A stretch of 64,000 nucleotides of DNA from an uncultured Candidatus Rokubacteria bacterium (GCA_963758635.1 CAVWWD010000003.1:544001-608000), one strand, 5' to 3'; shown: positions 34,508-45,583, counted from the first letter of the stretch. Numbers and translations: made by a program. Notes: generated by a model from the letters alone, not told the origin.

Positions 34508-34892
34508 CGGCGCTACCTCGCCGCTGCTCCGCCTTGAGCACCTTCGGGTTCAGCTTGAGGAACATGATCACGCAACGCTCCGGCCCCAGGTTCCGCACGT
34601 CGTGGAGCACGGCGTTGGGGAACTGGACGATGGAGCCCGCCCGCACGACGACCTCCTGGCCGTCGATCTGCATGTGGGCGGTCCCCTCCAGCACGTAGAT
34701 CGCCTCCTCCTCACGCGGGTGCTGGTGCATCACCGTGGACTGGCCCGGCTCGTAGCAGGCGATCTCCGACCAGAGCTGGTCGGTCTTGAAGAGCATCTTG
34801 CGCACGCGCTTGTCCGGCGCGAACGCCTTGAGGGCGTGGAGGTCGAACACCTGAGCGACCCCGGTCGTGGTCGCCACCGCGGTCTCGTCCAT
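34500..34892 (-). CDS. Cupin domain protein
   Basis: PGQSTVMHQHPREEEAIYVLEG...FPNAVLHDVRN. Confidence 0.9.
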   Translation of the reverse strand: MDETAVATTTGVAQVFDLHALKAFAPDKRVRKMLFKTDQLWSEIACYEPGQSTVMHQHPREEEAIYVLEGTAHMQIDGQEVVVRAGSIVQFPNAVLHDVRNLGPERCVIMFLKLNPKVLKAEQRRGSADG

Positions 34893-34996
34893 GCGGGGTT
34901 CTCCTTGGTGGTGGGCGCAGTATACCCGATCAGTCCGCGGGCCGGATCGGCGAGGACGGAGGCGGCACGGCTTGCGGCGGGGGGGGCCGTTGGCGC

Positions 34997-35449
34997 TCAG
35001 CCCGGGAGCCGCAGCTCGCGGCCGGCCTGGATCTGAGCCGCGTCGAGGCTCACGAATCGCGCCAGCGGCTCCCGCTCGTGGAACCACAGCGCGGTCCTGA
35101 GATGGGCCAGGTCCAGGGAGCGAGGCGTGGAGACGATCGGCATCGCCTGGGATCGGCATAGATCGAGCGTCAAGTCCCGCAGCGTGAACTGCGCCAGATC
35201 GGCGGCCAGCCGGTCCAGCGCCTCCTGCAGATGCTCGGGCGAGAGCCGACCTGCGCGCGAGAGATGCACGAGGGTGCGCTCGGCTTCCAGAGCGAGCAGT
35301 GAACTGGACAGGAGGCGCCCTCCGGCCAGTTCCTTGACGAGGCGTTCCCATCCGGCCTCGCCGAGCAACACGCACAGGTACGCTGACGTGTCGACGTAGT
35401 AGCGCCGGGCGGGCACGGCCCGCCTATTTCGGGCGACGGTCGTCGGCAC
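34997..35449 (-). CDS. PIN-domain (VapC-like) toxin
   Basis: YVDTSA, LEAER, RSLDLAHL, FVSLD. Confidence 0.85.
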   Translation of the reverse strand: MPTTVARNRRAVPARRYYVDTSAYLCVLLGEAGWERLVKELAGGRLLSSSLLALEAERTLVHLSRAGRLSPEHLQEALDRLAADLAQFTLRDLTLDLCRSQAMPIVSTPRSLDLAHLRTALWFHEREPLARFVSLDAAQIQAGRELRLPG

Positions 35450-35681
35450 GACGATCGTCGGCCAGGACCTGGAGGTACGCGCCCCGTGTCGGGGCCTTCA
35501 ACAAGGGGCGTAGCGCCGCCCGCCCGGCGCGCACGCCGACGTGTACGTGCTCCAGATCGACCCGTGTCAGGGACGCCACGGGGCGCTGGTGCCGCGTGAT
35601 CACGACGCGCTCTCCGGCTGCGGCCTCGTCGACGAGCGAGGACAGGTTGCGCTTCAGTTGGTCAATCGATACCGTTTTCAT
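35424..35681 (-). CDS. Phd/YefM family antitoxin
   Basis: MKTVSIDQLKRNLSSLVDEAAAGERVVITRHQRPVA; overlaps the toxin gene. Confidence 0.9.
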   Translation of the reverse strand: MKTVSIDQLKRNLSSLVDEAAAGERVVITRHQRPVASLTRVDLEHVHVGVRAGRAALRPLLKAPTRGAYLQVLADDRRADDRRPK

Positions 35682-35781
35682 CTTCTAACCGTACCACTGT
35701 CGGATCCATTTGGGGATGGGTTCGGCACGGTCACGGCCGGTCCCGGCGGGCGCTCGATCGCACAGGTGCGCGCCGCCGGGC

Positions 35782-37572
35782 TCAGGGGCGGAGGGGGACG
35801 AGCAGGAGGCGGTTGTCCTTCACGCCCATCGCGAAGGGAGCGCGGCCGGGCATCGCCTGCATGATGGCCTGGTTCCGCTCGGGGCCGAGATCCTTCACGA
35901 AGAGGACCGGGTCGGAGAGGTCGGGGGACGGGTTGCGGTGGAAGTACACCCAGGCGCCGGGCCGCCACGTGAGCGACGGGAGGCCGTGGACGAAGACCAC
36001 GGCGCGGTCCAGCCGGCGCTCGGCCACGAGATCGTAGGGCAGGCGAGCGAGGGCCGACATGGCGCGGAGGGAGCCGCCGTAGACGGGCAGGAACGCGACG
36101 CACGCGCAGATCACCGCGGCGGCGACGGCGCCGAGGACCAGGCGCTCGGCGCCGAAGGCTCGCGCGCGTTCCACCAGCCGGTCGAGGCCGCTGGCCGAGA
36201 GCATGACGAGGAAGGCGGCGAGCTCGGAGTAGTGCGCGGGCCCGGTGGCGTTGATCGTGGGCAGCGTGCTCGCCGCGTACGCGACCACCACGGCCGCGGT
36301 GGAGAGGAAGATGAGCACATCCGCCGCGGACCGCCGGAAGAACGGCAGCAGCGCCAGCGAGAGCGGCCAGCCGAACACCCAGAAGTTGAAGCGCTCGACG
36401 GTGTAGCCGAGCTCGTACACGCTGGGGAGCGGCGCCGCCGCCTTGACCGCGCCGATGTCCACCGGGAAGCGATACAGCGCGCTGTAGGTGTGATAGCCCG
36501 TGGTGAGCGGATGACCGGCGAGCGCGACGTTGTAGACGCAGAGCACGCCGAAGGCGATCAGGCCGCCCGTGGTCAGGAGCGCGGTGCCGAGAACGCGGGC
36601 GCGCGTCGGGTCGTGTCGCAGCCGGAGCAGGACCCAGACGCCCCACGGAACGACGAACGCCGCCGCGGCGAGCGGCCGCGTCAGCCCGGCACATCCCACG
36701 GCCAGCCCGGCGATGAGCCACCAGGCCGGCGACGCGCCGTCGTCCTGCGCGCGGAGCAGCGCGTCCACGAAGATCATCAGGAAGAGCGCGGACGTCGAGT
36801 GCGCGAGGAGCGTCGCCGAGGACATCACGAAGTAGGGGGAGACGACGAGGCCGGCCAGCGTGAGGATGGCCACGCGCGGCCCGAAGACACGACGCGCCAC
36901 CGCGAACGCGAGCGCGGCGGTGGCGAGGGCCGAGAGCATGGGGACCCAGCGCACGAGACCCAGGAGCTCACCGGCGGCGAGCAGGAAGCCGTGGCCGGGG
37001 AAGAACATCCCGTACCACTTCCCGTTGTTCACGATGAACTGGTTGTCGAAGAACGCGCGGATCGGCTCGGGCGGCGACGGCGCCCAGAGCCCGCCCGCCG
37101 CGAACACACGCGCCATGAAGGCGTAGACGTGCTCGTCGTCCGTGATCGCCGTGTCGCGCAGCAGGAAGAGCCTGGTCGTGGTGATCAGGACGGCCAGCGC
37201 GGCGAGCGCGACCAGGACCACGGCGCGGACACACGTGGGCGCGAGACGGCCGAGCCCGTCGACGGCGGCGGCGAGGCGCGGGCCGCCACCGAGCGCGATG
37301 GCGGCTCCGCCGAGCGCGATCGCGATCGTGCCGAAGACGAGGTAGTTGACGAGGAACGCGAGCTCGAACGGACCCCAGCCGAAGCGGCCGTAGTGAACCT
37401 CGTAGCCGGCGTACGGGATCCCGCCCGCGTAGAGGGCGCCCAGGGAGAGCGCGGCGCCCGCGGCGAGCGTGAACGCGCGCAGCGCGACCGGCCGTGCCTT
37501 GCCGGCGGCCAGCGCGGTCATGCCGCGTGCGTCGAGCTCGGCGGCTTCCGTCGAGGCGTCCAGGTCGGCCAT
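35782..37572 (-). CDS. GT-C fold membrane glycosyltransferase (ArnT/PMT, GT39-like)
   Basis: ITDDEHVY acidic loop after the N-terminal TM helices; multiple TM helices; GLTRP motif. Confidence 0.75.
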   Translation of the reverse strand: MADLDASTEAAELDARGMTALAAGKARPVALRAFTLAAGAALSLGALYAGGIPYAGYEVHYGRFGWGPFELAFLVNYLVFGTIAIALGGAAIALGGGPRLAAAVDGLGRLAPTCVRAVVLVALAALAVLITTTRLFLLRDTAITDDEHVYAFMARVFAAGGLWAPSPPEPIRAFFDNQFIVNNGKWYGMFFPGHGFLLAAGELLGLVRWVPMLSALATAALAFAVARRVFGPRVAILTLAGLVVSPYFVMSSATLLAHSTSALFLMIFVDALLRAQDDGASPAWWLIAGLAVGCAGLTRPLAAAAFVVPWGVWVLLRLRHDPTRARVLGTALLTTGGLIAFGVLCVYNVALAGHPLTTGYHTYSALYRFPVDIGAVKAAAPLPSVYELGYTVERFNFWVFGWPLSLALLPFFRRSAADVLIFLSTAAVVVAYAASTLPTINATGPAHYSELAAFLVMLSASGLDRLVERARAFGAERLVLGAVAAAVICACVAFLPVYGGSLRAMSALARLPYDLVAERRLDRAVVFVHGLPSLTWRPGAWVYFHRNPSPDLSDPVLFVKDLGPERNQAIMQAMPGRAPFAMGVKDNRLLLVPLRP

Positions 37573-37695
37573 CTGAGGCGGTTGCGACGGGAGGGTCCGA
37601 GCCGGTTCGACGAGGGTCTGGGCGCCGCGTTGTACCGGGTGGGCGTTCCCTGGTGGAAGAGCATCTGCCAGCCACTCTCGGTCAGGGCGGCCGAA

Positions 37696-40600
37696 TCACT
37701 GCTGTCGATTCTCGTGTGCGACCGCCTGGGCGATGGCGCCCAGACGTGCGCGAATGCGGCTGCCGAGCCGCTCGAACGGCAGCTCGTCGAAGATCTCGCG
37801 GATCAGCTCCTCGTCGGTTCGCAACAGGCCGTCCGAGACGATCCACTCGGCAAGCTGACGCAGATCGTGGTCGCTGTAGTGATCGATCGACTCGCGCTCA
37901 GGAGCGCTCGGCCTCGGTCCTCGTGGCCGCGCGACGGGGTGCGACGGCGGCGCGGTGGCGGGCGGGCGCAGCCACCGCCGCGCGGTCGGGGACGTCGGCG
38001 TCCATCCGGTCGGCCAGGTGAACGGCTTCCTGGTAGGCGGCGAGGGCACGCTCAGTCTCCTGCTCACGGCCGTAGAACCAATCCGTGGACCAGATGCGGA
38101 GGAAGCGCCAGCCGAGTCGCTGCAGGTGGGCCTGCCGAAGCCGATCGCGGTCGCGCGCCGTGGCGCTGGAGTGATACGACGCGCCGTCGCATTCGATCGC
38201 GAGGACCGGCCGGCCCGGCCTCGCCGGGTGCATGGCCACCAGGTCGATACGGTAGCGGGACGCGCCGAACTGCGGCCGTGTCCTGATGCCGCGACCCTCC
38301 AGCGCATCGCGAATGTCGGCCTCGAACGGGTTGAGAGGGACCTCCCCGGCGCGCTCCGCGTCGGGAAGGCGCCGGCCCCCGCTCGCCGCGTACTCCAGGT
38401 AGGCCTTGAGGAGCTGCACGCCACGGCTCCCTGAGCGCTCGAGGTCGATCTCGTCATGTGAGAACGAGCTGATGACGGACATCCGGCGCCTCGCCCGGGT
38501 GACGGCCACGTTCAGGCGGCGGTACCCAACGTCCTGGGTGAGGGGGCCGAAACGGTGCGGCAGGTCCCCATTCGCCGACTTGCCGTAGCCGATCGAGAGG
38601 ATGATGGCGTCGCGCTCGTCGCCCTGAACGCGTCTCGAGGTTCTTGACGAAGAAGCGCTCCTCGCGCTCGAGCGAAGAGAACTCTGCGAGGTCGGGATGG
38701 AGGTCCACGACGCGGTCCAGCGCGGCCTGGACGCGGTTTGCGTGCTTGATGCCCATGGTGATGACGCCCAGCGATTCGTCCGGTCGCGTCTCGACGTGCC
38801 GCAGCACCTGGCGGACGACCTCGTCGACCTCGCGCGACGCGCTCTCTTCCTGCCCGCCCACCGAGGCATCGTGCGGCACCAGGACGTGGCGGAGTGCCTC
38901 GTGACCGCGCGCGCTCGGGAAGGTGACGAGGCGCCCATCGTAAACGTGGCTGTTGCTGAAGGTGATGAGCCGCTCGTCCTCGCTGCGGTAGTGCCACTCG
39001 AGGAGCCAGTTCGGGAGGAACGCGCCCAGCGTGTCGAGCAGGCTCTCGAACCCGCCGATCGCCGCCGTGGCCGCGCGAGGGCGTCCTGACCGCCTTCGCC
39101 GCCGGAGATCTCATCCTCGCCTTCGACCGCGGTCGCGAAGAACGTGGTCGGAGGCAGCTGGTGCCGGTCGCCGGCGACGACGACCTGCTCGGCGCGGTAG
39201 AGCGCGGGGATCGCTTCCTCCTGGAGGATCTGGCTCGCCTCGTCGAAGATCACAACGTCGAAGTGGCGCCTGCCACCGTCCAGCAGCTGACTGACCGAGA
39301 GAGGGCTCGCGACCCAGCAGGGCGCGAGCCTCGTGAGGACGTGGGTGCCGGGCCAGGAGCTCGCGTAGCGGGATGTGCCGCGAACGCTTGGCCGCCTCCC
39401 GTCGGACGAGGTCTGCCTGATCGAAGTGCTCGTTCATCGCCGCGACGGCCCGCTCGGCGTGGAGGCGGCGCACGCGCTGAGCGTTCAGGCGGATGCGCTC
39501 CCGGTCGAGGCGGACGAACGCATCGACGATCTGCTCGTGCGTCCGGCCGTTGAAAGAGGCGAGCGCCAGGATCCGACGCGAGCGCCTCGTCCAGGGTGGA
39601 GTGCAGCCAGACGTGCTCGAACCTGTGGGCCCAGTGCTCCGGAGCCACGCCGCTCTCGCGGAGATCGTCGAGGAACCGGGCCAGGCCGGCGGCGACGAGT
39701 CGCGCCCGCGTGCCGTGGACGGCCGGCAGGAGGTACGGCGTCCGCTGGTCGGCGGCCAGCGCCCGCAGCCGCGATGCTAGCGCCCCGAGTGGCATGCTCG
39801 TGAGCGGGCTCCCGTCGGTCAGCGCGCCGAGGGAGGACGTCGCCTTCGCGACCTCCTCGAACACCGTCGCGAGCTCCTTCTCCGAGGGCGCTTCCGCGGG
39901 CGCGGCCGAGGTGGGGCCAAGGGCGTGCCAACGGCGAAGGATGTCCTCGGCCTCCAGCGCCTCCTGCCGCAGCGTTGCCGACGGCGCCGGCGCGGCCCGC
40001 AGCGCGAGCAGGCGCTTGCGGGAGGCCCGGTAGTCTTCTTTGCCAGGAACGCCCAGGCGCGGTGTGCCCGACCACCGGTGGCTGGCGCCAACGCCCGTGC
40101 GAGCTCGGCGGGCTGTGCCCGAACAGCTCGGCGGCATAACGCGCACGGAGCTGACGGACGTCGTGCAGCACGGACAGGAGGGCCGCCACGTCGTCGAGGC
40201 TTCCGGGACCCGGACGCCGAGCTGCTGCACGACCTGGCCGAGCATCCGCTCGAAGGAGGGCCAGAGCTCGGAGGCCTTGGCCGCCAGGTCCAGCGCCTCT
40301 TGTGCTTGGCGACCGTCCACGATCCCGGCGTTGTTCCAGGGAGACGGGTCGGTGCCCAGGAGCAAGCCTCGGATTGGCGGTGCCGTCCACGATCGATCGC
40401 TTGATCTCGTCCGCGCGGCTCGGCGGTCAGGGCGGCGAGCGCGTCACCTCGGAAGCGAAGCGCCGACCGCGCCACAACCGGCAGGCGCAGGAGCATGCCC
40501 ATCATCCGGTTGACGGAGAGATCCGAGGGCGGGCGAGGGGCATTCACGCGACGGGCGTGCTCGTTGAGCTGACGGCGCCGAGCCTCGAACTCTCGCTGCA

Positions 40601-41811
40601 CGACGTTTGCGCCGTCGGCCGGCGCCGCGTGACGTATGTGGTCCAGGGCTTCGGCGAGCCGGGCCATCACGTTTCCTGGACACGGAGGCGCCGTGCAGGT
40701 CGAGCACCAGGTGGTTGAGCCGAACGTTCTCATGGCTCAATCGCTTGATCACCGCCTCGAGCGCGGCTCGCTTCTCGGCCACGAAGAGCACTCGGCGGCC
40801 CTCGGCCACGCTCTGTGCCATGAGGTTGGCGATCGTCGGCTCTTGCCGTGCCCGGCGGGCCTTGCATGACGCCGTTCTGCCCGGCACCAGCCTGCACGAT
40901 GGCACGGTGCTGCGTGGAGTCCGCGTCGAGCACCAGATAGTCATCGGACGCCGGCAACTCGTCGAGCGCGGCAGGCTCGAGGTCGGCCACCGCCTGCGCC
41001 AGGTGCCGGCGTGACGCCGGATGTCCGGCCACCGCGGCCACGATCGCGCTCGCCGCGATGGTGTCGGCGTTCCGCTTCAGGTCCTCGACCATGGCCATCT
41101 TCGCGAACTGGAAGTTGGCCAGGATGGCGCGCCGGTTCACCGCGAATCCCGGAACCGCGGCCGCCGCCCGGGCGATGTGGGCGCGACGCCCTCGGGATCA
41201 ATCCGCCACTCTCCCGAATCATCCTCGCCCCCGCACTCGCTCAGCACGGCGTTCACATCGAGGCGGATCCCGTGGGTTTCCTCGATCACGTACAGGAGCA
41301 CGGGGTTGATCTGCGGCTCGCCCGTGAGCAGGAGCCGTAGCTCGTCGCCCGTCCGGCCGCGCGCCTCGATGCGGGCCGGGAGCAACAGGATCGGCGCCTC
41401 GTACGGCCGCCCGCCGTCGGCCGCCGGCCACGTGGCCATGCCCAGCGCCAGGTACAGCGTCTCGAGACCCTTCTCCTCGAGGTTGCTCAGGGCCTTGCGC
41501 TGCAGGGCCACGAGCGCGCCGCGGACCTTCTGGCGTGCGGCGGTCTCGGCTTGAGCGACAGTCACCTCGGAGGTCTCGGGGGACCGGGCCGCCGGCGCCA
41601 GCAGTTCGGGCGTGAGCGCATCGCCCGCCAACAAACGGTCCACCGCCTCGGTCTCGGTGCTCAGATCGAGGGTGCCGACCTTGAGGTCGCGATAGAAGAG
41701 GAGGGAATTGGTCCGTGAGTAGTCGATGAGCCGACGGGTCCACACCGCACGCGCGGCATCGACGATGTGTCGAATCTCCGGGTTCAGCTCTTCGGCGTGA
41801 GGTTCAGGCAT
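37696..41811 (-). CDS. DUF4011 - SF1 helicase - Vsr-like endonuclease protein (Hhe-like defence gene), multiply frameshifted
   Basis: WTRRLIDYSRTNSLL; DADSTQ...QGPPGT; VLFVAEKRAAL; IFDEASQI; GDRHQLPPT; VQGDERD; RRLNVAVTRAR; IECDGASYHS...RDRDRLRQ...GWRFLRIWSTDW. These occur in collinear order across frames. Confidence 0.85.
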
Positions 41812-41825
41812 CGAACCGGGCCTTA

Positions 41826-41956
41826 GGGCGATGGCGCCAGACGTGCGCGAATGCGGCTGCCGAGCCGCCCGAACGGCAGCTCGTCGAAGAGCTCACGGAT
41901 CAGCTCCTCGTCGGTTCGCAACCGGCCGTCCGGTCGGCCAGGTGAACAGCCTCCTG
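41826..41956. repeat. Duplicated 3' end of the helicase gene (matches 37728-37835 and 38005-38032)
   Basis: Near-identical direct repeat, visible base by base. Confidence 0.9.
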
Positions 41957-41959
41957 CTC

Positions 41960-42414
41960 GACGCGCAAAACACCTATGTCATCCGCACATTCCAAAAAAC
42001 CGGCGCGGTGAACTGGAGGATGCCCTGAACGTTCTTCCGGAAGGCCGTCGGAGGAACGACTCTCCCCACGGCACATACGCCACCTCGTCGAGGGCAATTT
42101 TCTGGATCTCAGCGGCGAGCTGCCTTTGTCTACTTGATCGGTCGCCCGCGCCCAGTCGAGGGTGAGCTTCTCGAGCTGCGGAACGCTGGGCCAGCCGAAC
42201 CAGGCGTTCTCCCCGGCGCCAGACAAAGCGAAGTGGACGGCGGGATTCATCACGTCTGGTGCGGACGGGATCCACGACCGTCAAGTCGGCCTGCGCCACG
42301 AACCGGAGGTCCCGACGGCTCTTTTGTGCATGAACCGTTGGCGAGCCAAGGGCCAACGGCCGCGCCGGTTGCAGCGGCACCTCCGAGGATCTGTCGCCGG
42401 CTGAGATGGTTCAT
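41960..42414 (-). pseudogene. Remnant of family 5 ABC substrate-binding protein (Tat signal, middle deleted)
   Basis: MNHLSRRQILGG..., LRFVAQADLTVVDP, then NPAVH...AWFGWP...LAAEIQKIALDEVAYVPWG across frames. Confidence 0.75.
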
Positions 42415-42686
42415 GGTGTGCGCTCCATCGCGGCGGCTCAAATCGCCTCGCTGTGCGACGAACTCGATGCGACGGAAACCGGGGGCCCCCTTTCGGAGCG
42501 CCCGAGAACATAGCACGCGACGATCACCGGGGTAAACCGGGCCGCGGGTGTCTCTGATGGAGACACGCGGCTTGACGCGGACCTCGTGAAGGCTCTCACG
42601 TCGACCACCCCGCGGAAGATGCGATACTCGCTCGGGTCGCCCGCGGGGCAGGCCTCACGCCCAAGACCGGCCAGGAGGCCCCGAGC

Positions 42687-44573
42687 TTGACGAGGTTACT
42701 CGAAGCGTCCCGTCGCGGTGGGGTCGTCCCGGCGCTCCTCCTGGGCGTCGTGGTCAGCCTCGCCACGATCGGCCTGTCGAGCATCGGTGTGTTCGAGGGG
42801 TGGCAGACCCGCGCGGTTGACGCCTTCCAGTTCCTCCGGGACCGCGAGCCTCCGTCCGAGATCGCGCTCGTCCACATCGACGAGGACACCTTCCGCGAGC
42901 TGGGAGAGCGACAGCCGCTGTCGCGCCGATTCCTGACCGAGCTGGCGGACTTCCTCCTGCGGAGCGGGGCGCGGGTGGTGGCGCTGGACATCCTGCTCCA
43001 GGCGCCGACCTCGCCGGAGGAGGACGAGGCCTTCGTGGCGATGGCCAGGCGGTGGCCCGGGCGGCTCGTGCTGGCTCAGGAGGCCGTTCCGGGAGCGGAT
43101 GGGAAGTTCGAGGCCAAGCCGCACTTCTCGCCGGAACTGAACGGGCCCTCCGGCTTCGTCAACGCGCCGGTGGAGAAGGACGGGCTGGTTCGCCGGTTCG
43201 ACCCCGTGCTGCCCGCGGCCAACGGCGGCTTCCTCCCCTCGCTGGCCCTGGCCGCCGTGGCGGCGCATGGTGGGCTCGCCCCGGCCGACCTGGCGCGCGC
43301 TCTCATCGCGGGCGGCAGCGTGCTCTTGCCCGCCGCCGGCTCGGGCGGCGAGCGGCGGGCGCCCGAGGCCGTGAGTGTGCACACCCTGGCCGGAGACCGC
43401 TGGCGCATCGGCTACGCTGGCCCGCCGGGCACGCTCACCGCCTTCCCCGCCGGGCCGCTCGTCATGCTCGCCCGGTCGGGGCAGGAGGTGAGCATCGACA
43501 ACCCCTTCCGGGACCGGATCGTCTTCGTGGGAGGAACGTTCGCGGCGAGCCGCGACTTCTATCCCACGCCCACCGGGTTCATGGCCGGCGTGGAGATCCA
43601 GGGGAACGCGGCGCACACGCTGCTGGCCCGGCGGATCATGCGACCGCCGCCCGCGTGGCTGAACCTGGCCGTGCTCGTGGGGGCGTGCCTCGTGGTGGCG
43701 CTGGCGCCGCTCTGGCTCCGGCCGCTCTGGGCCACGCTCGTCAGCCTGGCGCTGGTGGCGGGCATCGTGGCCGTGAGCTTCGAGGCCTACCGGCGGGGCG
43801 GGTACTGGCTGGACTTCGTGGCGCCGGTGGCGGCGATGCTGGTCTACCAGCAGGCGGCGCGCGTGGTGGCGCGGCGGCGCCTGCGCGCGGCGTTCGGGCA
43901 GTACGTGAGCCCGGAGGTGATGGGCCGGGTGCTGCGCGAGGGCTCCGCGCTCGGCGGCGAGATGCGCGAGGTGACGGTGCTGGTCTCGGACCTCCGCGGG
44001 TTCACCACGCTCTGCGAGCGCCTCGCGCCCGCGCAGGTGACCGAGGCCATGAACGAGTACCTGACGGCCATGGTGGACCGCATCCTCAACCGGCGCGGCA
44101 TGGTGAGCGACTTCATCGGCGACGGGATCATGGCGTTCTTCGGCGCGCCGCTCGACGACCCCGACCACGCGTGGCACGCTGTGCAGGCGGCCGTGGAGAT
44201 GCAGGCCGCGCTGGAGGCGCTGAACGCGCGCTGGGCGACCCAGGGGAAGATGGCCCTCGCGATGGGGATCGCGCTGAACACCGGCGTGGCCTACGCCGGC
44301 ACCATCGGGGCGCCGCGGAAGAAGAAGTTCGCGGTGCTCGGCGACACGGTGAACACGGCGGCACGGATCGAGGGGCTGAACCGGCAGTTCGGCACGCGCA
44401 TCCTGGCCGGCCGGGCCACGGTGGACGCCGTGCGCGGCCGGGCGGAGTTCACGCGGCGGGACGCGGTGCCGCTCAAGGGCAAGGCGGAGCCCGTCGAGAT
44501 CTTCGAGATCACGGGTCTGACGCCGGCGCCGGCGCGGGAAGCGGCCGGGCGACCGGCGGAGGTGAAGGCATGA
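42687..44573 (+). CDS. CHASE2 domain class III nucleotide cyclase
   Basis: IALVHIDE, VVALDILL, DGLVRR, DFYPTP...MAGVEIQ (CHASE2); three TM helices; VSDLRGFT, DFIGDG, GDTVNTAARIE. Confidence 0.92.
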   Translation: MTRLLEASRRGGVVPALLLGVVVSLATIGLSSIGVFEGWQTRAVDAFQFLRDREPPSEIALVHIDEDTFRELGERQPLSRRFLTELADFLLRSGARVVALDILLQAPTSPEEDEAFVAMARRWPGRLVLAQEAVPGADGKFEAKPHFSPELNGPSGFVNAPVEKDGLVRRFDPVLPAANGGFLPSLALAAVAAHGGLAPADLARALIAGGSVLLPAAGSGGERRAPEAVSVHTLAGDRWRIGYAGPPGTLTAFPAGPLVMLARSGQEVSIDNPFRDRIVFVGGTFAASRDFYPTPTGFMAGVEIQGNAAHTLLARRIMRPPPAWLNLAVLVGACLVVALAPLWLRPLWATLVSLALVAGIVAVSFEAYRRGGYWLDFVAPVAAMLVYQQAARVVARRRLRAAFGQYVSPEVMGRVLREGSALGGEMREVTVLVSDLRGFTTLCERLAPAQVTEAMNEYLTAMVDRILNRRGMVSDFIGDGIMAFFGAPLDDPDHAWHAVQAAVEMQAALEALNARWATQGKMALAMGIALNTGVAYAGTIGAPRKKKFAVLGDTVNTAARIEGLNRQFGTRILAGRATVDAVRGRAEFTRRDAVPLKGKAEPVEIFEITGLTPAPAREAAGRPAEVKA

Positions 44574-45560
44574 CACCAGGCATTCGTGCGATGGCGGCCC
44601 TCCTCGGCGTGGCGCTCGGCCTGACGCTCGCCCTGCCGCAGGCCGCCCACGCGCAGGCGGCCGAGACCGTCGGCCTCATCACGGAGATCAAGCCGGGCCG
44701 CGGCCGCGTGGAGGTGAAGCCCGCCGCCGGCGGCGACTGGAAGCCCGCCGGCCCGCTCCTCGCGCTCCGCGCGGGCGACAGCGTCCGCGCCAGCGAGGAC
44801 GCCATCGCCGTGATCGTGCTCAGCGGGGGCCGTGGCGTGGTGCGGGTGGCCGCGGCCTCGCCCGCGGTGCTCGGGCCCGCGGCCGCGCCGGACGGCAAGG
44901 CCGACAAGGCGCGCGCGCTCGTGGAGTCGAGCCTCGGCTTCCTGTCGAAGACGACGAAAGAGGCTCCGAAGGGGCCTGCTGGCCACGCGCGGCGTGGTGC
45001 CGCCTCCCGTGGTGCTGAGCCCGCGCGCCTCGCTGGTGCGCGCCGAGGGGCTCACGTTCGAGTGGGTGGGCACCGCGCGGGGGCGCTACTCGGTGCGCGT
45101 GGTCGGCCCGTCGGGTCCCGTCCTGGAGCAGCCGGAGGTGACGGGCACGCGCCTCGTGTACCCCGAGGGGGCGCCCGCGCTCCAGCCCGGCGCGCGCTAC
45201 GCGGTCGAAGTGAAGTCGGCGGCCGCGCACCCGGTTCAGCGCGCGGAGTTCGAGGTGCTCGACGCCGAGCGCGCCCGGGCCGTGACGCGCGACCTGGCGG
45301 ACATCGACGGCGCGCTCGGCGCCGGCGCATCGCCCACCTCGGTGGCCGTGCTGCGCGCGGGCTACCTCGCCGAGAACCGTCTCTTCCACGAGGCCCGCGA
45401 TGTGCTGCTCCGCGCCATCCGCGCGGACGCCGAGCAGTCGTCGCTGTACGTCCTGCTCGGCAACGTCTACGAGCGCACGGGCCTCGGCGCGCAGGCCGCG
45501 GAGGCCTTCGAGGAAGCGCAGTGGCTGGCCACCAAGGGCGCCGCGCCGGCGCGGCAGTGA
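44570..45560 (+). CDS. Exported protein with FecR-like N-terminus, Ig/DUF928-like middle and TPR-like end (frameshift near 44970)
   Basis: ATGA overlap with the cyclase stop; signal peptide; LRAGDSVR; continues LATRG...LTFEW...LQPGARY...NRLFHEA in the 44832 frame. Confidence 0.7.
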
Positions 45561-45583
45561 AGCAGACGCCGGGGAGGGAACTC

